The position numbers and the translations under genes are program-made. From Alphaproteobacteria bacterium (GTDB lineage: Bacteria > Pseudomonadota > Alphaproteobacteria > JAJUGE01): 39,789 nt of DNA. Shown here piece after piece: positions 9,150 through 16,841 of the stretch. The notes under the pieces are model-generated. The model made no database searches. It saw nothing but the letters and a program-made list of their open reading frames with translations, and had not been told where the DNA came from. Numbering within the stretch: the first letter of the stretch is position 1; every line of letters starts with the position of its first letter. The stretch covers positions 1-39,789 of the forward strand of contig JBKBLL010000002.1 of NCBI GenBank assembly GCA_046296375.1, read 5' to 3'.

Positions 9150-10397
9150 ATGCAGGCGAGCGATTCGATCGAAACTCGGCAGTCGTGGGTCGTCGCGCTG
9201 GCGGCCTTCACCATCATCATGGTCTCGTTCGCGACCCCCTACATCATCATCGTCGGCATGAAGCCGATCGCCGACGATATGGGCGGGCTGCGGTCGACCC
9301 CCGCCCTGGCCGCGTCGCTCGCCTATCTCGGCACCGCGTCCGGAGGCATCGCCATGGGCTGGTGGGCTGATCGGGCCGGAGTGATCGGACCCGTCCTTCT
9401 GGGCGCGGTAATGGTCGGGCTGGGCGCCATGCTGGCGAGCACCGGCAGCGTCTGGGCCCTCTATGTCGGCTACGGGCTGATGGTCGGGCTGCTCGGCAAT
9501 TCGGGCATCTTCGCGCCGCTGCTCACCTATGTCAGCCGCTGGTTCGACCGGCGACGCGGTGTGGCCATCAGCCTCGTCACCAGCGGCCAGCAGATCGCCG
9601 GTGCCGCCTGGCCGCCGCTGTTCGGCTTCGCCATCGGCGCCTTCGGCTGGCAGCGTACCATGTTCTGGTTCGGGGTGCTGGCGCTGGCCGTCCTGGTGCC
9701 GCTGTGCTGGTTCATCCGGCGCCCGCCGCCGGCGCCGTCGGCGGCGACGGTGGCGGCCGATCCCGTCAAGAACGCACCGGTGCTCGGCCTGCGGCCCGGC
9801 GTCGTTTTCGGACTGCTGTGCGTGGCGATCGTCGGCTGCTGCGTGCCGATGTCGATGCCGATGGGCCATCTCGTCGCCTTCTGCAGCGACCTCGGCTTCG
9901 CCCCGGCGCGCGGAGCGGAGATGCTGTCGCTGCTGCTCTTCTGCGCCTTCCTCAGCCGCATGTTCTGGGGGGCGCTGTCGGATCGGATCGGCGGCCTGCG
10001 GACCGTTCTGCTGGGGACGATCTGCCAGGCCGTGGGCATGGCCCTCTTCGCCGTGGTGGAGGATTTCGTCGGCCTCTACATCCTCTCCGCCGCGTTCGGG
10101 CTCGGCTTCGGCGGCATCGTGCCCAGCTACGTGATGGCGGTGCGCGAGCACTTCCCTGCGGCCGAGGCGGGCTGGCGGATCGCCATGATCATCTTCTTCG
10201 GCCTGAGCGGCATGGCGGCCGGCGGGTGGGTCGCCGGCGTCATCTACGACTTCGCCGCGCACTACCAGCCCGCCTTCCTGCTCGGCCTCGCCTTCAACCT
10301 CGTCACGATCGCCATCGTCGCGAGCCTGGTCATGCGCGACCGCCGGCCGTCGCGGCCGGTCGGGGCCGTACCCGGGGCCATCGCATTCGGCCGATGA
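9150..10397 (+). CDS. MFS transporter (MCT/OFA-like)
   Basis: About 12 hydrophobic segments; GWWADRAG and GALSDRIG MFS loop motifs; RWFDRRRG. Confidence 0.9.
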   Translation: MQASDSIETRQSWVVALAAFTIIMVSFATPYIIIVGMKPIADDMGGLRSTPALAASLAYLGTASGGIAMGWWADRAGVIGPVLLGAVMVGLGAMLASTGSVWALYVGYGLMVGLLGNSGIFAPLLTYVSRWFDRRRGVAISLVTSGQQIAGAAWPPLFGFAIGAFGWQRTMFWFGVLALAVLVPLCWFIRRPPPAPSAATVAADPVKNAPVLGLRPGVVFGLLCVAIVGCCVPMSMPMGHLVAFCSDLGFAPARGAEMLSLLLFCAFLSRMFWGALSDRIGGLRTVLLGTICQAVGMALFAVVEDFVGLYILSAAFGLGFGGIVPSYVMAVREHFPAAEAGWRIAMIIFFGLSGMAAGGWVAGVIYDFAAHYQPAFLLGLAFNLVTIAIVASLVMRDRRPSRPVGAVPGAIAFGR

Positions 10398-10560
10398 CGG
10401 TGCGAGCGAAGGCATCGGGGCGGTCCGGGCTTGGGCAGGCTCGCCAAAACGGCAACGTTCATGGGAAGGCTCCGAATCGCGCAGCACCACGAAACAGCCC
10501 ATGCGCAAGTCCGAAAGCCGTTAACCCGAATTCGGTGCCCTGGCGCGTGCGGGCGGCGGC

Positions 10561-10589
10561 TTGAGGGTGGCGGCGGCGGGCCGTACAGT
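10561..10589 (+). promoter_or_regulatory. Candidate sigma70 promoter TTGAGG-N17-TACAGT
   Basis: Intergenic, canonical spacing, upstream of the rhodanese-comF region. Confidence 0.4.
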
Positions 10590-10721
10590 CCACGCCGCGA
10601 GGTTGAACATGCGGGACGGGAAGGAAACTGCGGTCATGGCTGTCTGTCGACGGAAGATGATCCGGCCGGTCCGGCACTGGCGGACTCGTGGCGCACGGCG
10701 CATCGCCGCGGGAGCTTCGGC

Positions 10722-12308
10722 ATGAGTGGGACCGTTTCGCCCGCGCAGCTTCACGCGATGCAGCTCGACGGGGCCGAACTCGCGCTGCTCGACGTGCGCG
10801 AGGAGGGCGCCTTCTTCCATTCGCACCTGCTGTGGGCCGTGAACCTGCCGCTCAGCCGGCTGGAACTGAAGATCGCCGACCTCGTGCCGCGGCGCGACGT
10901 GCGGACGGTGCTGTGCGACGCCGGCGACGGCCTCGCCGAGCGCGCCGCGGTCCGGCTCGCGGAACTGGGCTGGCGGGATGCCTCCATCCTTGCGGGCGGC
11001 ACGCCGGCCTGGGGGGCCGCGGGCTACGAACTCTTCAGCGGCATGAACGTGCCGACCAAAGCCTTCGGCGAATTCGTCGAGCATGCCTACCACACGCCGT
11101 CCATCTCCGCCGAGGAACTGAAGGCGATGATGGAGGGGGGCGAGAAACTGGTCGTGCTCGACAGCCGGCCGATGGACGAATACGAGGTGATGAACATCCC
11201 CTCCGGCGTCTGCTGCCCGGGGGCGGAACTGGTCTATCGGGTCGGGACCGTGGCGCCGTCGCCGGACACGACGATCGTGGTCAACTGCGCCGGACGTACC
11301 CGCAGCATCATCGGCGCACAGTCGCTCATCAACGCCGGCATCCCCAACAAGGTGGTGGCGTTGCGCAACGGCACGATGGGCTGGCACTTGGCCGGGCTCG
11401 AACTGGAAACCGGCAACCGGCGGCACGCGCCGGAGCCGACCGGCGAGGCTCGCGCAGGGGCGGAAGCCGCGGCGGCAGCCGTGGCCGAGCGTTTCGGGGT
11501 CCGGCGGATCGACGCCGCCACGCTGGCCGACTGGCGTGGCCACGCCGGGCGGACGACGTTCCTGCTCGATGTCCGCAGTCCCGAGGAGTACGCGGCCGGA
11601 CACCTGCCCGGCGCGATCTGCGCGCCGGGCGGGCAACTCGTCCAGGCGACCGACCGCTATGTCGGCGTGCGCAACGCCAGGCTCGTCCTGGCGGACGATA
11701 CCGGCGTGCGGGCGACCATGACCGCCCATTGGCTGCTGCAGATCGGCTGGGAGGTCTACGTCCTCGGCGGCGGACTGCCGGACGCGGGTCTGGAGCGCGG
11801 CGCGCAGCCGCAGCACCATGTGGGGATGGAGCCGGTCGAGGAGATCGTCCCCGGCGAGGCCGCCGCGCTTCTGGAGCGTGGCGCAGCGGAGGCGCTCGAC
11901 CTCGCCGACAGCCGCACCTACCGCAAAGCGCACATCCCCGGTGCCCTGTGGGGAGTGCGGTCCCGGCTCGAGAAACTCCTGGCAGCGACGACCGGCAACG
12001 GCATGCTCGTCGTCACGTCGCCCGACGGCCTTGTCGCGCGACTGGCAGCGGCCGATCTGGGGCGGATGACGGACCGGTCCGTCCGTGTCGTGGCGGGCGG
12101 CACCGAGGCGTGGCAGGCGGCCGGCCTGCCCACGACAGAGGGCCGCGAGCGGATGGCCGATACGGCGGACGACGTGGCGTTGCGGCCCTACGACCGTGAA
12201 GACGGTATCGAGGACGCAATGCGCGAATATCTGAGTTGGGAGGTCGAACTGGTGCGCCAGATCGAGCGGGAAGGGACGGTACGGTTCCGGTCGGTGCCGC
12301 CCGCCTGA
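10722..12308 (+). CDS. Multi-domain rhodanese-related sulfurtransferase (four rhodanese-like repeats)
   Basis: LLDVREEG, VLDSRP, LLDVRSPEEYAAGHLPG, AHIPGALW; active-site NCAGRTRS; ATG at 10722 with GGAG. Confidence 0.9.
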   Translation: MSGTVSPAQLHAMQLDGAELALLDVREEGAFFHSHLLWAVNLPLSRLELKIADLVPRRDVRTVLCDAGDGLAERAAVRLAELGWRDASILAGGTPAWGAAGYELFSGMNVPTKAFGEFVEHAYHTPSISAEELKAMMEGGEKLVVLDSRPMDEYEVMNIPSGVCCPGAELVYRVGTVAPSPDTTIVVNCAGRTRSIIGAQSLINAGIPNKVVALRNGTMGWHLAGLELETGNRRHAPEPTGEARAGAEAAAAAVAERFGVRRIDAATLADWRGHAGRTTFLLDVRSPEEYAAGHLPGAICAPGGQLVQATDRYVGVRNARLVLADDTGVRATMTAHWLLQIGWEVYVLGGGLPDAGLERGAQPQHHVGMEPVEEIVPGEAAALLERGAAEALDLADSRTYRKAHIPGALWGVRSRLEKLLAATTGNGMLVVTSPDGLVARLAAADLGRMTDRSVRVVAGGTEAWQAAGLPTTEGRERMADTADDVALRPYDREDGIEDAMREYLSWEVELVRQIEREGTVRFRSVPPA

Positions 12309-12347
12309 TCCGGCCGCGGCTGGTCGGCGGCGCGGGGAGCGCCCGGC

Positions 12348-13103
12348 ATGGTCCCGGCGAGTTTCGCCCGGCGATCGGCCCGACGCCTGGGATCGGCGGC
12401 ACTCGACTTCCTGCTGCCACCGCGCTGCATGCGCTGCCGGGCGGAGGTGGGGGCGGCCGGAACGGTCTGCGCCCGCTGCTGGTCGGACCTGACCTTCCTG
12501 GGAGCGCCCTGGTGCGCCTGCTGTGGCCTGCCCTTCGAACATGCGGGCGGCGACCTCCTGTGCGGCGCCTGCCTGCGCGAGCGACCACCCTTCGCGCGCT
12601 GCCGCTCGGCGCTGGCCTACGATGCGGAGAGCCGCGGCCTGATCCTGGGCTTCAAGCACGGCGACCGGACGCAGAGCACGCCGCTGTTCGCACGCTGGAT
12701 GCTGCAGGCCGGGGCCGAGCTTCTGGCCGGAGCCGAGCTCGTCGTACCGGTGCCGCTGCACTGGACGAGGTTGCTGTCGCGGCGCTTCAATCAGTCGGCG
12801 CTGCTGGCCCACCGGATCGGCGCCGAGGCCGGTGTCGCGGTGCTGCCGGACGCCCTCGTCCGTGTGCGCCGCACGGCGTCGCAGGGTAGGCTGACCCCCG
12901 TGCAGCGGACGGACAATGTCCGCGGTGCGTTCCGGCCGCATCGCAGGCGCGGGGCGCGCGTCGTGGGCCGGCGGATCGTTCTGGTCGACGACGTGCTGAC
13001 GACCGGCGCGACGGTGGATGCCTGCGCCCGGGCGCTGACGCGGGCGGGGGCGGCCTCGGTCGACGTCATCACCCTGGCCCGGGTCCTGCGGCCGCGCCGC
13101 TGA
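12348..13103 (+). CDS. comF: ComF family protein (double zinc ribbon plus phosphoribosyltransferase domain)
   Basis: Four CxxC motifs, PVPLH, RRFNQS, LVDDVLTTGAT. Confidence 0.92.
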   Translation: MVPASFARRSARRLGSAALDFLLPPRCMRCRAEVGAAGTVCARCWSDLTFLGAPWCACCGLPFEHAGGDLLCGACLRERPPFARCRSALAYDAESRGLILGFKHGDRTQSTPLFARWMLQAGAELLAGAELVVPVPLHWTRLLSRRFNQSALLAHRIGAEAGVAVLPDALVRVRRTASQGRLTPVQRTDNVRGAFRPHRRRGARVVGRRIVLVDDVLTTGATVDACARALTRAGAASVDVITLARVLRPRR

Positions 13104-13110
13104 CGCGCCG

Positions 13111-13139
13111 ATTGGAGCGGCCGTCACGCGGACCTATAT
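13111..13139 (+). promoter_or_regulatory. Candidate RpoH-type promoter ATTGGA-N16-CCTATAT for grxC
   Basis: The -10 matches the alphaproteobacterial RpoH consensus CCTATAT; the -35 deviates from CTTGAA. Confidence 0.45.
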
Positions 13140-13182
13140 CGCAGTGCTGCAGGTGGTCGATCGCAGCGGAGGGGAATGGCGC

Positions 13183-13446
13183 ATGGCGAAGGTCGAGATC
13201 TATTCCAGCATGTTCTGTCCGTACTGCCACAGGGCGAAGCGGCTGCTGGACTCGAAGGGGGTCGCCTACGAGGAGATCGATGTCGATGCCGAGCCGGGCC
13301 GGCGTCGCGAGATGACGGAACGGGCCGGTGGCCGGCGCACGGTGCCACAGATCTTCATCGACGGCCGGCACATGGGCGGGTGCGACGACATCCACGCGCT
13401 CGATCGCCAGGGCAAGCTCGATCCGCTGCTGGGAGCTTCGGCATGA
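13183..13446 (+). CDS. grxC: Glutaredoxin 3
   Basis: CPYC, TVPQIFI, GGCDD; ATG at 13183. Confidence 0.96.
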   Translation: MAKVEIYSSMFCPYCHRAKRLLDSKGVAYEEIDVDAEPGRRREMTERAGGRRTVPQIFIDGRHMGGCDDIHALDRQGKLDPLLGASA

Positions 13447-14291
13447 GCACCATCTTCAAGGCCGCCTGCGTCCAGACCAACACCGGCGCCGATCCCGACG
13501 AGGGCATGCGGGCCGTGGCCGACGGTGTGTGCCGGGCCCGCGACGCGGGCGCCGCCTTCATCACCACGCCCGAGAACGTGCTGATGATCGAGGCTCGCCG
13601 GGCGGCGGTCCTCGAGAAGGCAGAGGAGGAGGCGGAGCACCGCGGCATCGCCGGCTTCCGCGCGCTCGCGCGCGAGACGGGCGCCTGGCTGCTCGCCGGA
13701 TCCCTGACCGTGAAGGTCGAGGCCGATCGGGTGGCGAACCGGTCCATGCTCTTCGATCCACAGGGGAACGTCGTCGCCAGCTACGACAAGATGCACATGT
13801 TCGACGTCGACCTGGAGGGCGGCGAATCTTACCGGGAGTCGCGGACCTATCGTCCGGGCGAGCAGGCGGTGATGGCCGCGCTGCCCTGGTGCGAACTCGG
13901 CATGACGATCTGCTACGATATGCGCTTTCCCTATCTCTACCGTGATCTCGCGCATGCGGGTGCCAAGCTGCTGACCGTGCCGTCCGCCTTCACCCGGCCC
14001 ACCGGGCGCGCGCACTGGCACGTACTGCTGCGCGCGCGGGCGGTCGAGACGGGCTGTTTCGTGATCGCCGCGGCGCAGTGCGGCGAGCATGCCGCCGGCC
14101 GCAAGACCTATGGCCATTCCCTCATCGTCGATCCCTGGGGAACGGTCCTGGCCGACGGCGGTGAGGAGCCCGGCATCGTCGTGGCGGATATCGACCTCGC
14201 CAAGGTGGACGAGGCGCGGCGCATGGTCCCGTCGCTTCAGCACGACCGGACCTATCCGCGCCTGACCCCACACGCCTCCGCCGCCGAATAG
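13443..14291 (+). CDS. Carbon-nitrogen hydrolase, Nit1/deaminated glutathione amidase-like
   Basis: TPEN, YDKMHMFDV, ICYDMRFP (E-K-C triad), TGRAHWHVLLRARAVE, YGHSLIVDPWG; ATGA overlap with grxC. Confidence 0.93.
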   Translation: MSTIFKAACVQTNTGADPDEGMRAVADGVCRARDAGAAFITTPENVLMIEARRAAVLEKAEEEAEHRGIAGFRALARETGAWLLAGSLTVKVEADRVANRSMLFDPQGNVVASYDKMHMFDVDLEGGESYRESRTYRPGEQAVMAALPWCELGMTICYDMRFPYLYRDLAHAGAKLLTVPSAFTRPTGRAHWHVLLRARAVETGCFVIAAAQCGEHAAGRKTYGHSLIVDPWGTVLADGGEEPGIVVADIDLAKVDEARRMVPSLQHDRTYPRLTPHASAAE

Positions 14292-14295
14292 GCAC

Positions 14296-14883
14296 CTACC
14301 CGCCGGATGGCGGCGGAATGACCGGAACGGTCGCATCCGCCTCGTCCGGCCGCCAGGCGCAAAGCCGCTGAACGACGGCCGGCCGCGGGTCGTCCTCACG
14401 GCCGTGTTCATAGGCCAGCACCGTCAGCCTTCCCCGTACGGCGTCGAGCAGTTCGCCCGGCCGGAGGAGGAAGTCCGGGTTGGCCGGCCGTCCGAACCGC
14501 TCGTTGCCGGCGGCGAAGGTCTCGTAGATCAGAACGCCGCCGGGAGCGACGGCGGCCATGATCGCCGGGAACAGCGGCCTGTGCAGGTAGTTTGCGACCA
14601 CCACCGCGTCGAATGGGCCGCCCGCCGGCCACGGCGAACCGTCCTCCAGGTCGACTGCGACGGCGGCGAATCGCGGCGCGCCCTCGAGGTCGGCGACGCC
14701 GGCGAGGTCTCGGTCGACCGCGGTGACGGCGTTGCCGCGAGCCAGGAACAGCCTGGCGTGTCGGCCGCCGCCGCAGGCGAGATCGAGCACGGTGCCTGCG
14801 GGCCGAACCAGCGGTGCGCACCGCAGGACCCAGGGCGAGGGCGGGCCGAACCGGTCCGGCTTAAGCGGCCTGTCGTCTGGCAC
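14296..14883 (-). CDS. Class I SAM-dependent methyltransferase
   Basis: PSPWV, VLDLACGGGRH, VVANYLHRPLF, GRPANPDFLLRPGEL; GTG start at 14883 is inferred. Confidence 0.85.
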   Translation of the reverse strand: MPDDRPLKPDRFGPPSPWVLRCAPLVRPAGTVLDLACGGGRHARLFLARGNAVTAVDRDLAGVADLEGAPRFAAVAVDLEDGSPWPAGGPFDAVVVANYLHRPLFPAIMAAVAPGGVLIYETFAAGNERFGRPANPDFLLRPGELLDAVRGRLTVLAYEHGREDDPRPAVVQRLCAWRPDEADATVPVIPPPSGG

Positions 14884-14943
14884 TTTCAGTTCCCGCACTG
14901 TAACAATATGTCGAGCATATTTCCGTTTCGCACACGGCACCCG

Positions 14944-15387
14944 ATGATCCTCTACAAGCTCTGCTGCAAGAAGGACCACGATTTCGAGGCGTGGTTTCGC
15001 GACAGTGCCGCTGCCGAGGAGCAGATCGGTTCGGCCAGGGTCGTGTGTCCCGTCTGCGGCACGGTCGACGTCCGCAAGGCGCTGATGGCGCCGCGCGTGG
15101 CCAAGGGGCAGGAGGTGCTGCCGCCCTCGCCGCGGCAGGTCACCAACGACCCGCAGATCGCCGAGCGTCGGCAGGTCATCGAAGCCCTGCGCGAGCTGCG
15201 TCGCCATGTCGAGGCGAACTGCGATTACGTCGGCGACCGCTTCGCCGAAGAGGCGCGCAAGATCCATTACGGCGAGACGGAACACCGCGACATCTACGGC
15301 GAGACTTCCCAGGACGAGGCGCGCAGGCTGAAGGAGGAGGGGGTCGAGATTTATGGGATCCCCTGGCTGCCGCGGCACGACAGCTGA
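14944..15387 (+). CDS. DUF1178 family protein
   Basis: MILYKLCC..HDFEAWF, CPVCG, KALMAP, YVGDRFAEEARKIHYGE, IYGE. Confidence 0.92.
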   Translation: MILYKLCCKKDHDFEAWFRDSAAAEEQIGSARVVCPVCGTVDVRKALMAPRVAKGQEVLPPSPRQVTNDPQIAERRQVIEALRELRRHVEANCDYVGDRFAEEARKIHYGETEHRDIYGETSQDEARRLKEEGVEIYGIPWLPRHDS

Positions 15388-15392
15388 GCGCG

Positions 15393-15418
15393 GGAACGCG
15401 GGGAAGCGGGGCGGAGTT
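15393..15418 (+). promoter_or_regulatory. EcfG-type promoter GGAAC-N17-AGTT
   Basis: GGAAC 15393-15397, AGTT 15415-15418, upstream of the small gene at 15454. Confidence 0.6.
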
Positions 15419-15453
15419 CATGACGCACAGCCTTCATGCAAGGGAGACAGGTC

Positions 15454-15618
15454 ATGACTCAAGGGCATACGGCGCCAGGCGAGGCGCCGCCGGCGCGTGG
15501 CAAGGACACGCCCCGCGACAAGGAGGAGAAGAAGGTCGATCGCACGGTCGAGGAGACGTTCCCGGCGAGCGATCCGCCCTCCTGGTCGCCCGGCACGGCC
15601 TCGCCGCAGAAGGATTGA
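15454..15618 (+). CDS. Small hypothetical protein (54 aa) with an EETFPASDPP motif
   Basis: GGGAG RBS; VDRTVEETFPASDPPSW is a motif I recognise from small uncharacterised bacterial proteins. Confidence 0.75.
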   Translation: MTQGHTAPGEAPPARGKDTPRDKEEKKVDRTVEETFPASDPPSWSPGTASPQKD

Positions 15619-15676
15619 ACGGGCGCCCGACGCGGGTCGTCGACGAACCGCTCCTCCCGCTCGGGGGGAGCGGTTC

Positions 15677-16483
15677 TTGATTCCGGCCGGCGAGGGCGCG
15701 ATCGAGGTCCTGCTGCGCCGTCCGTCGGAGATGGTACGTCTCCCCGTGCCGACCTGGCGCCCGGCCGGGCATCGCGAGGACATGCCGGTGCTGATCGTCG
15801 TGCACGGTGTCGCCCGGAATGCGGCGACCTATCGCGATGCATGGATCGAGGCGGCCGGCGAAGCCGGCGCCCTGCTTCTTGCTCCCGAATTCTCCCGTGA
15901 CGTCTTTCCGACACCGCGCGAGTTCGAGGTCGGCCGGATGCGCGATGGCGAGCGCCGGCCCCTGCCACGCGCGGAATGGTCCTATCTGGCGATCGAGGCG
16001 GTCTTCGACGCCGCCCGCGCGGCACTCGGCCTGTCGACGACGCACTACCGCCTTTACGGCCACTCCGCCGGCGCGCAGTTCGTCCACCGCATGGTCACCT
16101 TCGTGCCCGATGCCCGCATCGCTTCCGCCGTGGCGGCGAACGCCGGCTGCTACACTATGCCCTGGCCGCAGGAGCGTTTCCCCTACGGCCTGGGAGAGAT
16201 GGCCGGCGAAGCGGACCTAGCGGCTGCGTTCGCCCGGCCGCTCGGCATCCTGCTGGGCGAGCGTGACGACGACCCGGACCACGGCCAGCTTCTGAAATCA
16301 CCCGAGGCGATGCGCCAGGGACCGCACCGGCTGGCCCGCGGCCTCCACTATTTCGAGCGGGCGCGTGAAACGGCCGCCGGCCTGGGGCTACCCTTCGCCT
16401 GGCGGTTGCGCACGGTTCCGGATGTCGGCCACTCCAACCGCCGACTGGCCGCGCACGCTGCGCGTTTCCTGTTCGAACTCTGA
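15677..16483 (+). CDS. Alpha/beta hydrolase
   Basis: VVHGVARN, GHSAG nucleophile elbow, ANAG, LGERD, VGHS; TTG start at 15677 with GGAG 6 nt upstream (start inferred). Confidence 0.85.
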   Translation: MIPAGEGAIEVLLRRPSEMVRLPVPTWRPAGHREDMPVLIVVHGVARNAATYRDAWIEAAGEAGALLLAPEFSRDVFPTPREFEVGRMRDGERRPLPRAEWSYLAIEAVFDAARAALGLSTTHYRLYGHSAGAQFVHRMVTFVPDARIASAVAANAGCYTMPWPQERFPYGLGEMAGEADLAAAFARPLGILLGERDDDPDHGQLLKSPEAMRQGPHRLARGLHYFERARETAAGLGLPFAWRLRTVPDVGHSNRRLAAHAARFLFEL

Positions 16484-16520
16484 ACACGCCGTCTACGCGG
16501 CACCGCTTCCAACGACTGGA

Positions 16521-16841
16521 TCATGGCTGCGTCCGCGGCGGGCCCACGAAGCGGCGGCGCTGGCGGCGCCAGATGCGCCGGCCCGCCACCATCGCCCGGC
16601 GAATGGCGCGCTGACCCGGCGGATAGTCCTCCGCCAGCAGCAGCAGGCCCAGCGGCAGCATCCAGAAGCCCAGGATGGGAAGGAAGCCCAGCAGCCCGCC
16701 GATGACGAGCAGGATACCCGCGGGGATGCGGATCCAGCGCGCCTCCGGCTGGCGCAGGCGGCGCATGAACCGGCCGAGCACCAGCGGCAGTTGCGCCTCG
16801 ATCTTCTCGATGTCCGAACGGCCGCCGACCGGCTGCGTCAT
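16521..16841 (-). CDS. Small membrane protein with a two-TM hairpin
   Basis: WIRIPAGILLVIGGLLGFLPILGFWMLPLGLLLLAED, a pattern common in alphaproteobacterial hypothetical proteins. Confidence 0.8.
   Translation of the reverse strand: MTQPVGGRSDIEKIEAQLPLVLGRFMRRLRQPEARWIRIPAGILLVIGGLLGFLPILGFWMLPLGLLLLAEDYPPGQRAIRRAMVAGRRIWRRQRRRFVGPPRTQP

Noticed and set aside
10398-10635. Possible cobalamin riboswitch or ncRNA in the MFS-rhodanese gap (GGGAAGG, AAGCCCGGACCGCC fragments; lone TTAACC)
   Set aside because: The fragments are on different strands and the GCCACTG core is absent. An Rfam/Infernal scan would settle it.
13443-14291. C-N hydrolase as the amidase or nitrilase partner of the nitrile hydratase
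   Set aside because: Motifs and linkage to grxC fit the housekeeping Nit1 (deaminated glutathione amidase) group, and it is 8 kb away.
14296-15387. Long overlapping ORFs 14296..15378 (-) and 14404..15387 (+)
   Set aside because: They resolve into two short divergent genes (methyltransferase and DUF1178) with spurious 5' extensions.
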